Assembly: GCA_023213395.1 (NCBI GenBank)
Contig: CM041465.1
Coordinates: 184,333,741-184,397,740, forward strand
Source of the DNA: Cycas panzhihuaensis
Taxonomy: Eukaryota > Plantae > Cycadophyta
Reading direction: 5' to 3'
DNA: 64,000 nt
A program made the position numbers and the translations under genes. Below, in pieces: positions 13,001-25,289 of this stretch. How positions within the stretch are numbered: the stretch's first letter is position 1; every line of letters starts with the position of its first letter. The notes below the pieces were generated by a model. That model searched no databases. It was not told where the DNA came from and was given only the letters and a program-made list of their open reading frames with translations.

Positions 13001-13320
13001 GGTGGCAATGCTTTCCAACTTGATCTTCCACCTTATATGCAAATATATTCAGTAGTAAATGCTGAATACTTAAAACTTTTTGAGCCCTCCATGCTAGATG
13101 AGGAAGCAGGACCAGTTCACTTTACCTTGATTGATGATTTGTATTTGGAAAGTGAGGAGCCTCTCAAGGAAGATTGTATCTTAGAGAGAAAATCTACCAA
13201 AATAAGACATAAGACACATGAATCTTCGAGATTGGAGTAGCAGGCAATTGCCTAGTAAGGCCAAGTGGTTTAGTAGGCAACAAGGAGAACAACACTTCCC
13301 CATCTCCAATTCTAAGCCAA
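9930..13320 (+). pseudogene. pol: pol (PR, RT, RNaseH, integrase, chromodomain-like tail) broken by stops and frameshifts
   Basis: HPHPYPLGW and CDVVPLDVCHVVLGSPYLWDR (CRM-type protease); LDLKSGYHQ and YLDDILI (RT); EADASG and YPTYDREM (RH); SDRDTRF, FHPQT.GQTE and RYGPF (IN). Confidence 0.95.
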
Positions 13321-13354
13321 ACAGAGTTGGCTATTTTCCAAGGAAGGGGAGCCA

Positions 13355-14407
13355 TGATCCGGGAGGATCTACCATATGTTTACAGGATGCGGAAAATGCT
13401 AGGCATTGGCATAACTAAAAGAGATATGGCCAAATGGTATCAAAATTCTATGAAATTTTGTTTAAAGGGATAAGACACATCTCACTAGATGTGTACAAAA
13501 GGTGGGGTTCAGAAAATATCATTTGATTAGAGTTCAAGCCTTGTCTTTGCATAAAAATTAATCCCACAGTTAGCGTAAAAAATAGAAAATATATATTTTG
13601 ATTATATGAATAGAAACATGGCCAAATGACATCCAAATGAGCTAAAATTTTGAGGAAATGGAGGAGACATACGTTCCGATACGTGTATAGAATTTGAGCT
13701 GAATTGGAGTCCGTTAAGGTCAGTTACAAGCCGCAACTTTTATGAATTGTATGAAGGCCACTTGGACAGCAGAAAAATAGCAAATACATATTATTACTAA
13801 ATGAATAAAAATGCAGTCAAATGACATCCAAATGAGCTGAAAATTTGAGGAAGATGAGGAACATACGTTCCTATATGTGTACCAAATTTGAGCCAAATTG
13901 GAGTACGTTAAGATCTATTACAAACTGTAACTTTTTAAGAATTGTATGAAGGCCACTTGGACAACATGCATTCTGGTGGTTAGTGGTTATACTTGCATGA
14001 TTGCCACTTGTTAAACATGCAATTCAGGTTTCTTTCTATAAATTGAGCCCTTCTACAGGTTGGAGAGGTGGTTCTTGGAGACTTGACTTGGGAAGCATCC
14101 TTAGAGAAGCATTTGGAGGGTTGGAGTCCCCCTTATGGTATAATTGTAACATTTATTCCTTGTAATTTTACCATTCTTTTTGCTAGTTGATTTCTCCACC
14201 ATTAAATGGAGATTTTCATGGTTTAATAAAAGTATTACTCCTTATACTTTTGGATCAATTCCAAGAATAAATTATTTGGTGTAGAATTTTCCTTTCATGG
14301 GCTCATTGTTGTTTTGATGTTATTGAGATTTCTACACTAACTCCCAGGATCTCAAGGAGAAAAGGTTGATAATTGACTTCTTCACCAACTAAGCTCTTTT
14401 GGGATCA
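13355..14407 (+). repeat. 3' LTR of CRM-like element
   Basis: Preceded by the PPT and followed by TSD GAAAC. Confidence 0.97.
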
Positions 14408-14450
14408 GAAACTTAATCTTGTTCTTTCATATTTCTGACAACTATTATTG

Positions 14451-14491
14451 ACTTTGATACCATGTTATAATTTTACATGACTCTGATACCA
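14451..14491 (-). promoter_or_regulatory. Two tandem tRNA-iMet primer binding sites
   Basis: ACTTTGATACCA (14451-14462) and ACTCTGATACCA (14480-14491), each followed on the + strand by TGTTA. Confidence 0.8.
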
Positions 14492-15218
14492 TGTTAAAAA
14501 ATTTAGATTATATTTACATGATATATTTATCAATGCAAATGCGTGTAGCAATATAGAAGCATCATAAATTATATGATCAAGTAAGTAGAGATAATCAACA
14601 ATATATAATAGGAAATTCAAACATGAATGACATAAGTTATTTATAGTGGAAAACCTTTGAATGGAAGAAACTGCTTTCCAATGATATATAAGATCTCATT
14701 AATATGAAATCATGTACAATATCAACCCAAGTCACCCTAGTATCTAAAGGAGAACTAAAAGAACTAACTTACCCTTGAATATGCTTACCCTTATATGGAA
14801 TTTGTCACCTTATCATGGACTAATGATGTATCACCTTACATCTATCAATAAGATTATGTGTGAGAACCAATAAGTCTTTCAATGATTTTATAATAATTTA
14901 GTGAGCACTTGTAATGAACCGTTACACCAAAACCTGAATCAAAAGAGAAAAATCCAATTGCATATGATAACACAAAAGTCAAACTTATATATAAGAGTAT
15001 AAAGCATCCGTAATCACATGTATCAATGGGCCTCTTCGAGGGGGCAACCTCCAATACATAAGATCACAATACTTCTAGATGATTCTCACTCTTACATTAT
15101 ATACATATATATAGGGCTATTAAGTTTGCCCATCTCTTAGACTTATGAATATGGGATAATTACAAGAATAGAAATATAAGATTTAAGAAGAAGAGAGATA
15201 AGGGTTGGGTTCTTAACA
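14492..15218 (-). repeat. LTR flanked by the PPT of the Reina-like element on one side and a PBS on the other
   Basis: TGTTAA...TTAACA termini. PPT complement TTCCCCCCCTTTT at 15221-15233; PBS at 14480-14491. Confidence 0.8.
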
Positions 15219-15224
15219 AGTTCC

Positions 15225-18200
15225 CCCCCTTTTAAAAAGCTTTGCCCTCAAAGCTTGACTAGTCCTGGATGCTCTTGAATAAATTGCTCACATTCCCAAG
15301 TTGAATCGTCGTGTGGCGACTGCTTCCATTTGATGAGATACTCTTTGATGTGTCAAGAGCACAAACGCCTAACCCTTTCCTCTAATATTCATTTAGGTAT
15401 CAGTTGAATCCTCCCTTCATTATCCAAAATTGGTAATTTTGTTTGTGCCTGCACTTGCTGCCCAATTACCTTTTTAAGACAAGATAAATGGAAAAGATTA
15501 TGGATTTTAGTTGTTATGGGTAACTCTAAGGCATAAGCCACTTTCGCCACTAGTTTAAGGATTTTATAAGGTCCATAAAACCTTGGCTCTAACTTGTGTT
15601 TACCCTCTCTTTTAAGTGAAGTTTGGTTATATGGTTGCAAGCACAAGTAAACCCAATCTCCTATTTGAAACTCTCGTTCACTTCTTCGTTTATCTGCTTG
15701 TTGTTTCATTCGGTTCTGAGCCAAGTTAAGGTTCTCCTTTAATATCTTGAGTGTCTTTACGGTTTGTTGTAGATTCTCCTCCACTGCTTAAACTTTAGAA
15801 ATTTCTATGGCATAGCTCTTAATAGATGGTGGTTCATACCCATATAATGCCTGAAAGGGAGTTATTTTTGTTGCCATATGGTAAGTAGTATTATACCACC
15901 ATTCTGCCATGAGAAGCCAATGATGCCATTGATTTTGTTTATCTGACACATAGCATCAGGGATATCCTTCTAAACATTTGTTAATCACCTTTTTTTGTCC
16001 ATCAGTTTTGTGGGTGGTATGCTATGCTTATTGTTAGCTTGGTACCTAAGGCTTGGAAGAGTTCAGTCCAGAAAATGCTTGTGAACTTTGGGTCTCTGTC
16101 ACTAACAATCTTCTTAGGCATTCTATGGAGTTGATGTATCTCTTTTAAGAAAACCTCGACAATTTGTTTTGCCTTATAAGTAGATTGGATTCCACAAAAA
16201 TGAGCATACTTTGTTAATCTATCAACAACTACAAGGATGGCATCCCTCCCATCTGATTTTGGTAATCCTATGATGAAGTCCATGGATATTTCATCCCATC
16301 TTTGATTTGGTATAGGGAGTGGATACAATAGACCAGGCATCTTACTCATTTCACCATTTTGTCATTGGCATACTTCACAAGTTGCAACCCATCTTTTAGT
16401 ATCTTACTTGAGCTTATTCCAATAGAAGGATTGCTTAATCTGTTGGTAAGTCTTTAGGAATCCAGAATGGCCTGCTATTGGAGAGGCATATACATCATGC
16501 AATATCTTCTCCTTAATCTTGAAATCAGGACTAAGATATATTCTAATTTTGTACCACATGATGCTTGCTACCCATGAAAAGCTTTTATGACTATCTTGAT
16601 CAACCTGTAAATCCTATATCAATTGCTTTATTTTGGTATCCTTTTCCCACTCTTCCCTTGCCTCCTCAATCCATGAAGGGGTAACTGTTGTTAATGCATA
16701 TACTATAGAATCTCCTTCCTTTTGTGATAGGGCGTTAGCTATTATATTTTCCTTTCCTTTTTTATATATGATTTCAAAATCAAAACCTTGCATTTTAGAG
16801 ACCCATTTTTATTGTTCCTCAGAAGCTACCCTTTGGTCTAGGAAATACTTTAAGCTTTTGTGGTCTATCTTTATTTTGAAATGGGTTCCAAGTAAATATT
16901 GGCATCATTTTTGAATTGCTTGTAGGACTGCCATCATCTCTTTTTCATATGTAGACTTGACTAAGTCCTTGGACTTCAATTTTTGACTTTCAAAGGCTAT
17001 GGGCCTCCCTTCTTACATGAGTACTGCTCCAATACCTTGTCCCGAGGTATCACATTCAATGATAAATATTTTAGTAAAGTCAGGAGTTGCTAAAACTGGT
17101 GTGGTAGTCATGGATACCTTTAGGCTATCAAAGGCTTTAGTAGTGGCATCTGTCCATATGAATGAATCCTTCTTTAATAATTGTGTCAAGTGTGCTACAA
17201 TCTTGGCATACCCTTTAACAAATTTTCTGTAGTACCCTATTAAACCCAAGAATCCACGTAGCCCTTTGATGTTTTTAGGTTGTGGCCAATTTACTATGGC
17301 TTTAATCTTCCTTGGATCAACCTTGACTCCCTCTTATGAGATGATGTGCCCCAAGTACTCCAGTTCATGCCTTCCAAAGTTACATTTTGATCCATTTACA
17401 AAGAGTTTATTGTCTTCTAATAATTGCAAAACCTTATCAACATGTTGAAGATGTTATTTCTTTGTCTAACTATATACTAAGATGCCATCAAAAAACACCA
17501 AGACAAACTTTCTTAGATAAGGTCGAAAGATTTTATTCAAAAGCCCTTGGAATATGGCTGGTGCATTGGTTAAGCCAAAAGGTACGACTAGGAATTCATA
17601 GTGGCCTTCATAGGTGCGAAAAGCTATTTTGTGAGCATCAACAGCCTTGATTCTAATTTGGTAATATCCAGATTTTAAATCTATGGTGGTGAAAAGGGTT
17701 GCTCCATTCAATTCATCTAACAACTCATCAATAACTGGTATGGGAAATTTATCTTTAATAGTAATTTTATTTAATTCCTGATAATTCATATACATACAAA
17801 AAGATCCATCCTTCTTTTTTACCAATATTACTGGTGCCAAAAATGTGCTTTTACTTTCCCTGATGGTCCCAGCTTCAAGAAGTTCATGCACCAATTTTTT
17901 AATTTCATTCTTCTGCTGATAAGGATATCTATAAGGTTGGATGCTAGGTGGATTACTACTAGCAATGAGTTCAATGGCATGATCTTGTTCTCTTTCTGGA
18001 GGAAGCCCCTTAGGAATGTCTTCAAAAACCTTGTTATGTTTGACTAACACTTCTTGTAATTCAGGTGTTAGATTATTATCCTTATTCGTTACAACACTTA
18101 CACAACATTTAATATCACTTATACATTTAAAAACTTGAGAGATTTTGTGTAATGATTCTTCGCCATAATTCAACCATCATTAATTAAATATTATCTCTAT

Positions 18201-18250
18201 TATTTTTCCCCTTATCACCCTTAGTTTAACTACCACACCTCACGCATTAC
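15225..18250 (-). pseudogene. pol: pol relic (RT, RH, IN, chromodomain)
   Basis: [48 protein letters not shown] and LQPYNQTSL...RFYGPY. Chromodomain KEYLIKWKQSPHDDSTWE at ~15295-15350. Confidence 0.95.
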
Positions 18251-19639
18251 CCTCATATGGTTTTGTTCCCCAATCTCATTCATTATCTTTATCTGTTATC
18301 AACCTCACCTTATTATTTATTTCTTGCATATAATTCTTATATAATTCTCATCTATATTGAATAGTTATTGTATTCCTTATGTCTTATCTCTTACTCTTTT
18401 CTTACTAACCTCTTATATCCATTATTACTTGAACCCCTATAGAAGTTACTTTATTATCCTTATCCTCAATCACCCCTCACCCTCTTATAACACTTCACTT
18501 TTAAATACCCTCTTGTTTTTTTTTAATCTTTGATTTCCTAAACCTACCATACTTTTTAATCCCAAACCCCTCTCTTAAGTTATACCCTTCCTCATCATTT
18601 TACCATTACCTGGAAAGCTCACACTACATCTCCACCGTTGATATACCCTTCTTTGGTATCCCCCTCTAAACTTATTGCCTATATAAGATTCTTACTATGT
18701 TGACTAATCTAAAATTGGGTTCCCATTTTCCCATGCTAGATATCTCCACATAAAACACTTCCACCTATGAGATCCTAAATATATTTTTTATTCCTTAACC
18801 TTTGTTCATACAAAACTCCTCTATCTATCTCCACACTTTTTCTCTTATTCCACTCCCCACGGATGTAATATAGAAGTAGGATATAAGACCTAAAGAAAGT
18901 TGAGTTCACAACACATAGGTCCTAAAATCATTTACATGTAGAATCTTATACAAGAGTTATCTAGGAAATGGCATAATCACAAACATGAAGAAATTCTCAT
19001 TAATAGAAAGTAATTACTCCTCCTTTTTCATAATTCTCATGAGTAGAAAGTAATTACTAACACGCTTGTAGAAGATGACATAAAGGTAGACTGAGCTCCT
19101 ATAATACCTTGGCCTTAATAAGTAGTGGATTAAAGATGTACATTGTCTCTCTTATGCTTCAAGAGCAAAACATTTTGAGGAGAGAAAAAAAATTGTTGAT
19201 CTAAATGAAAGTCACAAAGACTAAGGATAAAAGTATTTCATTATTGATGTGTCAAAATAAAATACTTTGAAGGTGAAGTATCTTAAAGAAGGAATAATTG
19301 TAGTGAACCTAATGAAAATGATGATATATTTAATTAATAGTTTATTAATTATTAAAGTAATCTCCAATATTAAAGCATATATAAAGGAGGTAGAGCCTTA
19401 TGCAATAACATGATTGTTTTATTTCTCTTCATAATAGATCAATTCCACACCTTTGCACTTTAATGCAGTTATTTTATTTATCATTCCACTATTCTAAATA
19501 ATTGTTATTACACTTTTATTGCTTGATAATTATTTGTTGAATTTATTTATTATCTACATTTTATTATATTATTATCTATTGCTTTTCTTATCAATTATCC
19601 ATTGGTCTATTCCAATTTCTTTAAGTTTACCTCCTCCTT

Positions 19640-19830
19640 TTTTGTAATTCTCATTAGTAGAAAGTAATTACTATCATGTTTAGGTGTGCAGATGTAATTT
19701 CCTATGAATTAGAATAGTTCATACATATAAAGTATACTTCAACCTATTTGATCCATCCATCTAACTTTTCTAGATTGAACTTTCATTAAATGGAAGTATC
19801 TTAAACTTTGTTTCAATCTTGAAGAAACCA
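19640..19830 (-). pseudogene. CRM-like gag N-terminal relic (copy A)
   Basis: Translates as FKIETKFKILPFNES/EKLDGWIK*VEVYFICMNYSNS, similar to KVEAKLDIPTYDGEVNAEKLDHWLDQLETYF of the gag at 8931. Confidence 0.65.
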
Positions 19831-20539
19831 TGCCAATCCAAGGAATGTTAAATTTCTAGTCCTCTTATTGAAGCCATGTTCTCCATTGGATTTCCTCTTC
19901 TAATGTTAATGTTACTATTAGGTATTCCTACTATTATAATTAAAAACGATTAAAAGGAATAAATTTCATAGGATGATAAATTATTCCTAAAATTAAATTA
20001 AACCATAAAGCATAGATATAAATACCATACTAAACCACTAATGAGGTATTATTCTTAAAGTTGAAATTAGTTTGTAAAATATTGATATTAATATCATATC
20101 AAACTATTAATTCAATTAGGAAATAATAATAGATCTAAATGTTAAAGAATGATGTTGAAATAAATAATTAATTCATAATGTTAGAAGTTAATTCTATAGT
20201 AATAACGTTGAAAGCTAACACAATACCAAAAGAAAGATTAAAAGTAGATTCTTATATAAGTAATATATTTTAAATTAAAATTATTAGAGGGGAGAGATAT
20301 TTTAATATGGGGCATTATTATCAAGTTTTTTTGATATGGTTTAAATAAATGAGGGGATTAAAAGGGGACCCCAGCCCTTATACAAAATCTACTAGATCGT
20401 CTACATGGATCCGTTGTGATAAGCCTATGGCCTAGCTTCCTAGCAAAACCCCACCTAACATACTGCTAACCCTCCCCAGCCACAATAAGACTAGTGGTTA
20501 GCTCTAGAAATCTAAACAAAATAGAGGCCATTAGGATCT

Positions 20540-23500
20540 AGTGCTGACTTAGTAAATCAACTGGAGCCTGTTCTCCCCAGATCTTTCTTGACTAGACCCA
20601 TAATCTCCTTAGGAAAATCATCCTTCCACACTACATCCTTTTTGAACTGTACACCCTAATTTGCCAGTAGGTCAGCTATCCCGTTTCCTTCCCCATAAAT
20701 GTGGACCACCCTAACATTTTCTCTCCTTTGAAAAGACTCCTTAGCATCGTTAATCATGTCTTTATGCTTCCAGTTTGGCTCCGCTTCCCCTCTAATTAAT
20801 TTTATCTCATTTAGGGAGTCCCCTTCCATAATGACTCTCGGGATACCCTCTTGGGATACCAGATCCACAATTTTACACATCGCTTTAAGGTCTGCTCAAT
20901 GATTTGTATGAATACCATAATAGTTAGCAAAAGCCTAGAGCACCTTGCCTTCTTTGTCCCTACACAGCCCCCCACCTACTACCTCATTGGGGTTACCTTT
21001 TAACGCACCATCAAAGTTTACTTTAACCTAGTTCTTCGATGGGGGGCACGAAGTGCCTTACCTTTTCGTCTCCACCTTTAATTTAGGGTTCTCTATGCCT
21101 CATTTTTCTAGAATCTTCATTTCCTTAGGAATAATAAAACTATCTTCCTTCTCCTTAAAGGTCTCTTTCAAGGCAACTATAATCATCCCAAAAAGTTTTG
21201 ATTCATTCATCTTTTTATCTTAAAAGATGTGCCTATTCCTTTCTTTCCATATATCCCACACCAACATAGGTAGAGAGGTTCTCCACAAGAAACTCAGGGT
21301 CTTGTATCTGAAGGGGCAAGACCAGGTGTAGGCTAAATCCTTCATAGTTCTAGATAACATCGATGTTATCCTAAAAATGCTCCACAGCTTCACCCATACC
21401 TCCCTAGTATCAGGGCATTGCAATAGAATGTGGTCCAAGGACGACTCCTCTTGGAGGCAAAGAAAGCATCTATTCACTAGCAAGAAACATCTCTTCCTTA
21501 GATTATCTAGGGTCAGATATTTATTCTTAAGGCACAACCACCAGAAGATGGAAACCTTGGGGATAAATCCCAATTTCCATACTCCCCCAAACAACTTATT
21601 TTTACTTATGCCTTTTTAAAAAATAAAAATAAATAACCAGATTTAACTAAGTAGTTCCCTGAGGGGGAAGTAGGCCAAACCAAGGAGTCATCCTTGGGGT
21701 ATCTAGGGATGTATATTTTGTTTAGCTCATTCTTAAGGGCTACAATTTACTGCTCTCCTACTCGTTCAAGAGGGATTTCTTCAAAATATTTCTAATTCTT
21801 TACATCCCCTTGAACCTCCCAGTAACTTTTCATATTTCTACCATAAAGAATTTCACAAATGTCCTACTTAGGGGTAAGAATAGGTCTCTTGTTCAGTTGG
21901 GTGTGGTTGCACTAAATGTCCTCCCAAAAGTTAATTGTCTTTCCATCCCCTAGGCACCATTAAGCTCTTGATGCCATGATCTTCCTCGCATAAACTAGAC
22001 TCCTCTAGATATCAGATCCATGTTTTCCTGAGATGTTGTGCTTTAAGTACTAGTTGTCTCTTAAATATTTCTATGTAACAATCTTACTCCAGACCTATCC
22101 TCCTTTTTTATAAGCCAACAACCCAATTTAACTACTAATACTCTATTGAAGTAAGCTATATACTTTACATTTAAACCACTTGCCCACTTAGAGATGCAAA
22201 CTTTCTCCTAGGAAACTAAATAAATTATGTCCTTATCCTCAATCCCAGACCATATGAACCTTTTTTAGATTTATTGGACACCTAAACAAAGACATCATAT
22301 ATGTAGGTATGTTCTAAATGGAGTCCACTAAAAGTTAAAGCTTTCCTACCTAACTCAATAAGGGCCCCTTCCATCCTGTAGTTTCCTTTGAACCTGATTG
22401 ATTATTGAGTTCTAAAGGTCCTTCTTCATTCTACTAATAAATAGGGATAAGTTGAGGTATAGAGTAAGAAGATTCCTAGTGGGAATTTCTAAAATCCTAC
22501 TAATAACTCTTTGAGTTCTCTCCAAAGTATTTAGAAAAAAAGTTTGCTCTTATTTAAGTTGACCTTCTGATTCGTTGTTGCCTCAAACCTTTCCAACTCT
22601 GATTTTATAGCTCTAGCTTCCTTTGTGGATGCTTTGCTCAATAAAATATTATCATCCACAAACTGTTTATGAACAATGTTATCAACGCCTAAGGTGGGCT
22701 TTAGGCTTATAATCTTCTGACTCCTCCTAGCCTCCTTCATACTATTATGTATTAGTTTAGCCATGATGATGAACATGTATGGGACTAAGAGGTCCCCTTG
22801 TCTTAGCCTTCTAAAGCTCAAGAAAAAGGCTGAGGAAGTGTCATTTATAATCACTAAGAAGCTTGGCTTTGAGATACAACTTTCTATCCATTTCCTCCAC
22901 TGATCACTAAAGTTGAAGGCTCTTGTGCACTCTATCAAACACCCCCATGATACCCTATTGTAAGCCTTTGAAAGGTCATTTTTTACAATCATACTAGACT
23001 CCTTCCTTTATAAGGTCAAGTGGACTATTTCATGAACCATGGTGATTCCATCCAAAATTTGTCTGCCTTCTATGAACCCATCCTGACTTAGGTCTATAAT
23101 CAAAGGGAGGATTTCCTTTAGCCTGTTAGCTAGGATCTTGGCTATGATTTTATACTTCACATTACACAAACTGATAGGTCTAAAGTCCTCCATTCTTTTT
23201 GCACCTCTCTTCGAAATTAGGACAAGGAAAGTGGCCTGCCATTCTCCATGGATCTTGCCATTTTTAAAGAATTCCCTCACAACTTCTTAGAGGTCATCTT
23301 TAATGATATCCTAATATTCCTAGTAAAAACCAAAGGGGAAGCCATTGGGACTGAGAGATTTCTCTTTTTTCATGCCAAACACAAATTTCCTTATCTCTTC
23401 CATTGAGAAGGGGGCTTCTAATGCCCTATTCATAATATTTCTGACCTTCTTCAGGATCATGGCCAACATCTCTCTCCCGACTTCCTCATCCACATAGCCA

Positions 23501-24086
23501 GGTTCATTAAATAACTCCTTAAAATAGTCCATCTCTACATCCTTAATGGCTTTTTGCTCTTATATTTCCTCCCTGTCCTTATTGATTAGAACTTTGATTT
23601 GATTGTAGGTTATGTGTTTCAAATTTGTCATATGGAAGAATTTCATGTTTTTGTCTCCCTTTGCAAGCCATAGGACCCTAGACTTTTGTCTCTAGAAGAT
23701 TTCATCCTTGGCCAAGACTCCCTCCAGTTTGGTCAGGAGGCTTCTTTCATTCTAGTCTAGGGAAAGAGACCTCCCTTCCTCTTGAATTTTATCCTCGTGG
23801 GATCTCTTATTCTAATCTTTAACTTGATGCTTCACCCAATTTAGTTTTTTTGAGAATCTAAACATCACACAACCTTATACAGGAGTCTTCCACCACTCTA
23901 CAATTAGGTTACAAAGGCTTGGGTCTTTCATTCATATCATCTTAAAACAGAAAGGGGCTCCTATTTGACCTTTGTTTTCATCAAATCCCAACACTAGGGG
24001 GGAGTGGTTCAAGACTGTATTTGGCATGTCTTCTAAAATGATGTTACTGTGTTGGCTTGCCTAAGCATAGTTGACTACCACTCTGT
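20540..24086 (-). pseudogene. L1 ORF2 relic, 3' part (RT, zf-RVT, RNase H-like)
   Basis: DFRPISLCNV, DLSKAY, LRQGDL, QFVDD, CFLC..EESSLDHILLQC and VVHIYGEGNGIADLLAN. Confidence 0.92.
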
Positions 24087-24448
24087 TGAAGGATGCAGAG
24101 GTATAGAGTGTGACTACAATGGTGAGATTATTGCTCATGAGTTAACCATAACCTTAAATATTGGACAATGTTAAAAAACACCAAGGAGGTATTCCTACCC
24201 CATTTATAGGTTATTTTTGGGAGGCAACAAGTGTTTTAATCTGACCTGCATATTATCCAATAACAATTCAAATTAATATTAAAAAATACAATTAAAAAAC
24301 ACAAACACATACCTTAAGGATAGTGGGTCGGTATCTAGTAGCTTTAGGTGGCTTGGTGTGCGATTGTAGGTGCCTTAGGAGTCCCAAATGTGGCTTTGAG
24401 GGGCCCTAGGTACACAACTTCATAAGCATGTTAGGGGTTATCATAATA
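24087..24448 (-). repeat. 3' LTR of copia C
   Basis: Direct repeat of 38456-38816, next to the PPT. Confidence 0.93.
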
Positions 24449-24469
24449 TTCTCCCCCATAATGCCCAAT

Positions 24470-25133
24470 ATGAATAACTCCCAAGATTTTTCTAAATTTT
24501 TAGAATTTGACTTTGTCCAATGCCTTTGTAAATATATCTACTATTTGGTCTTCAGTGCAACAATAGGCCAATTTGATTTCTTCTGCTTGTACTAGTTCTC
24601 GAATGAAATGATGTTGAGTCTTGATGTGTTTCATTCTGCCATAGAAGATTGGATTCTTTTCCATTTGGATAGTGCTCTGATTGTCACACCAAATTCTGGT
24701 GGGACCTTTCTATTTAAGCTAGAAATCTTGTAGTAGTCTTCTCAACCAAACTGATTCACATGCACCTGCTACTGTTGCTTTATATTCTACCTCGGTTGTA
24801 GATAAAGAAATTGGGTTTTACTTCTTTATGCTCCATGCTATGGCTGCCGATCCTATACTGAACATATAACCTGTTGTAAATTTTCTTTCATCAATATCTC
24901 TTATCCAATCTTAGTCTATATAGCTAGTCAACCAAAATTTTGGAGAAGCTTTGTAGTATAGCCCATAATCTGGAGTTCCTTTGAGATATTGAAGAATTCT
25001 CTTGCCTACTTGCCAATGGGAGATCTTTGGAATTTATATAAACCTAGATACAACACTAACCGAGTGTGCTATATTTGGTTGAGTGGATGTTAAATATATC
25101 AGGTTGCCAATAAGTTATTTGTAAAGTGTTGAG
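24470..25133 (-). pseudogene. Copia C RT end and RNase H relic
   Basis: KRILQYLKGT, AWSIKK, MKHIKTQHHFIRE and IVDIFTKAL are readable on the - strand. Confidence 0.88.
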
Positions 25134-25289
25134 TTTTTTTTTTTTTTTGGTAAATAAAAATTAAATTATAGTGGGTTTGAAATAGGATCCCACAACCTAT
25201 TACATCAGAGAGCCATGAGTTTCCAAAACAGGGTTAACCATGACAACCCCACGGTCTAGGCAAAGAGAACTAGGTTACCAGGACAAGCC

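Larger units (their letters stand above)
7685..14407 (+). mobile_element. Full-length young Ty3/gypsy chromovirus, CRM-like
   Basis: Near-identical ~1.05 kb LTRs (7685-8739, 13355-14407; TGATCC...GGATCA) and a perfect TSD GAAAC (7680-7684, 14408-14412). PBS is TGGTATCAGAGC at 8745-8756 and PPT is AAGGAAGGGGAG at 13340-13351. Domain order is gag-PR-RT-RH-IN. Confidence 0.97.
522..14440 (+). mobile_element. Copia A: decayed Ty1/copia, 3' part (RT-RNaseH, PPT, 3' LTR interrupted twice)
   Basis: RT/RH relic at ~600-2090 and PPT GAGGGGG at 2103-2109. The LTR is reconstructed as 2110-2116 + 7352-7684 + 14413-14440 (T(A)TTAAA...TTTCTGACA). The LTR end is inferred because the 5' LTR is outside the window. 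Confidence 0.75.
14492..18250 (-). mobile_element. 5'-truncated Ty3/gypsy chromovirus, Reina-like
   Basis: RT, RH, IN and chromodomain followed by the PPT and LTR. No recognisable gag or 5' LTR of its own. Confidence 0.85.
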
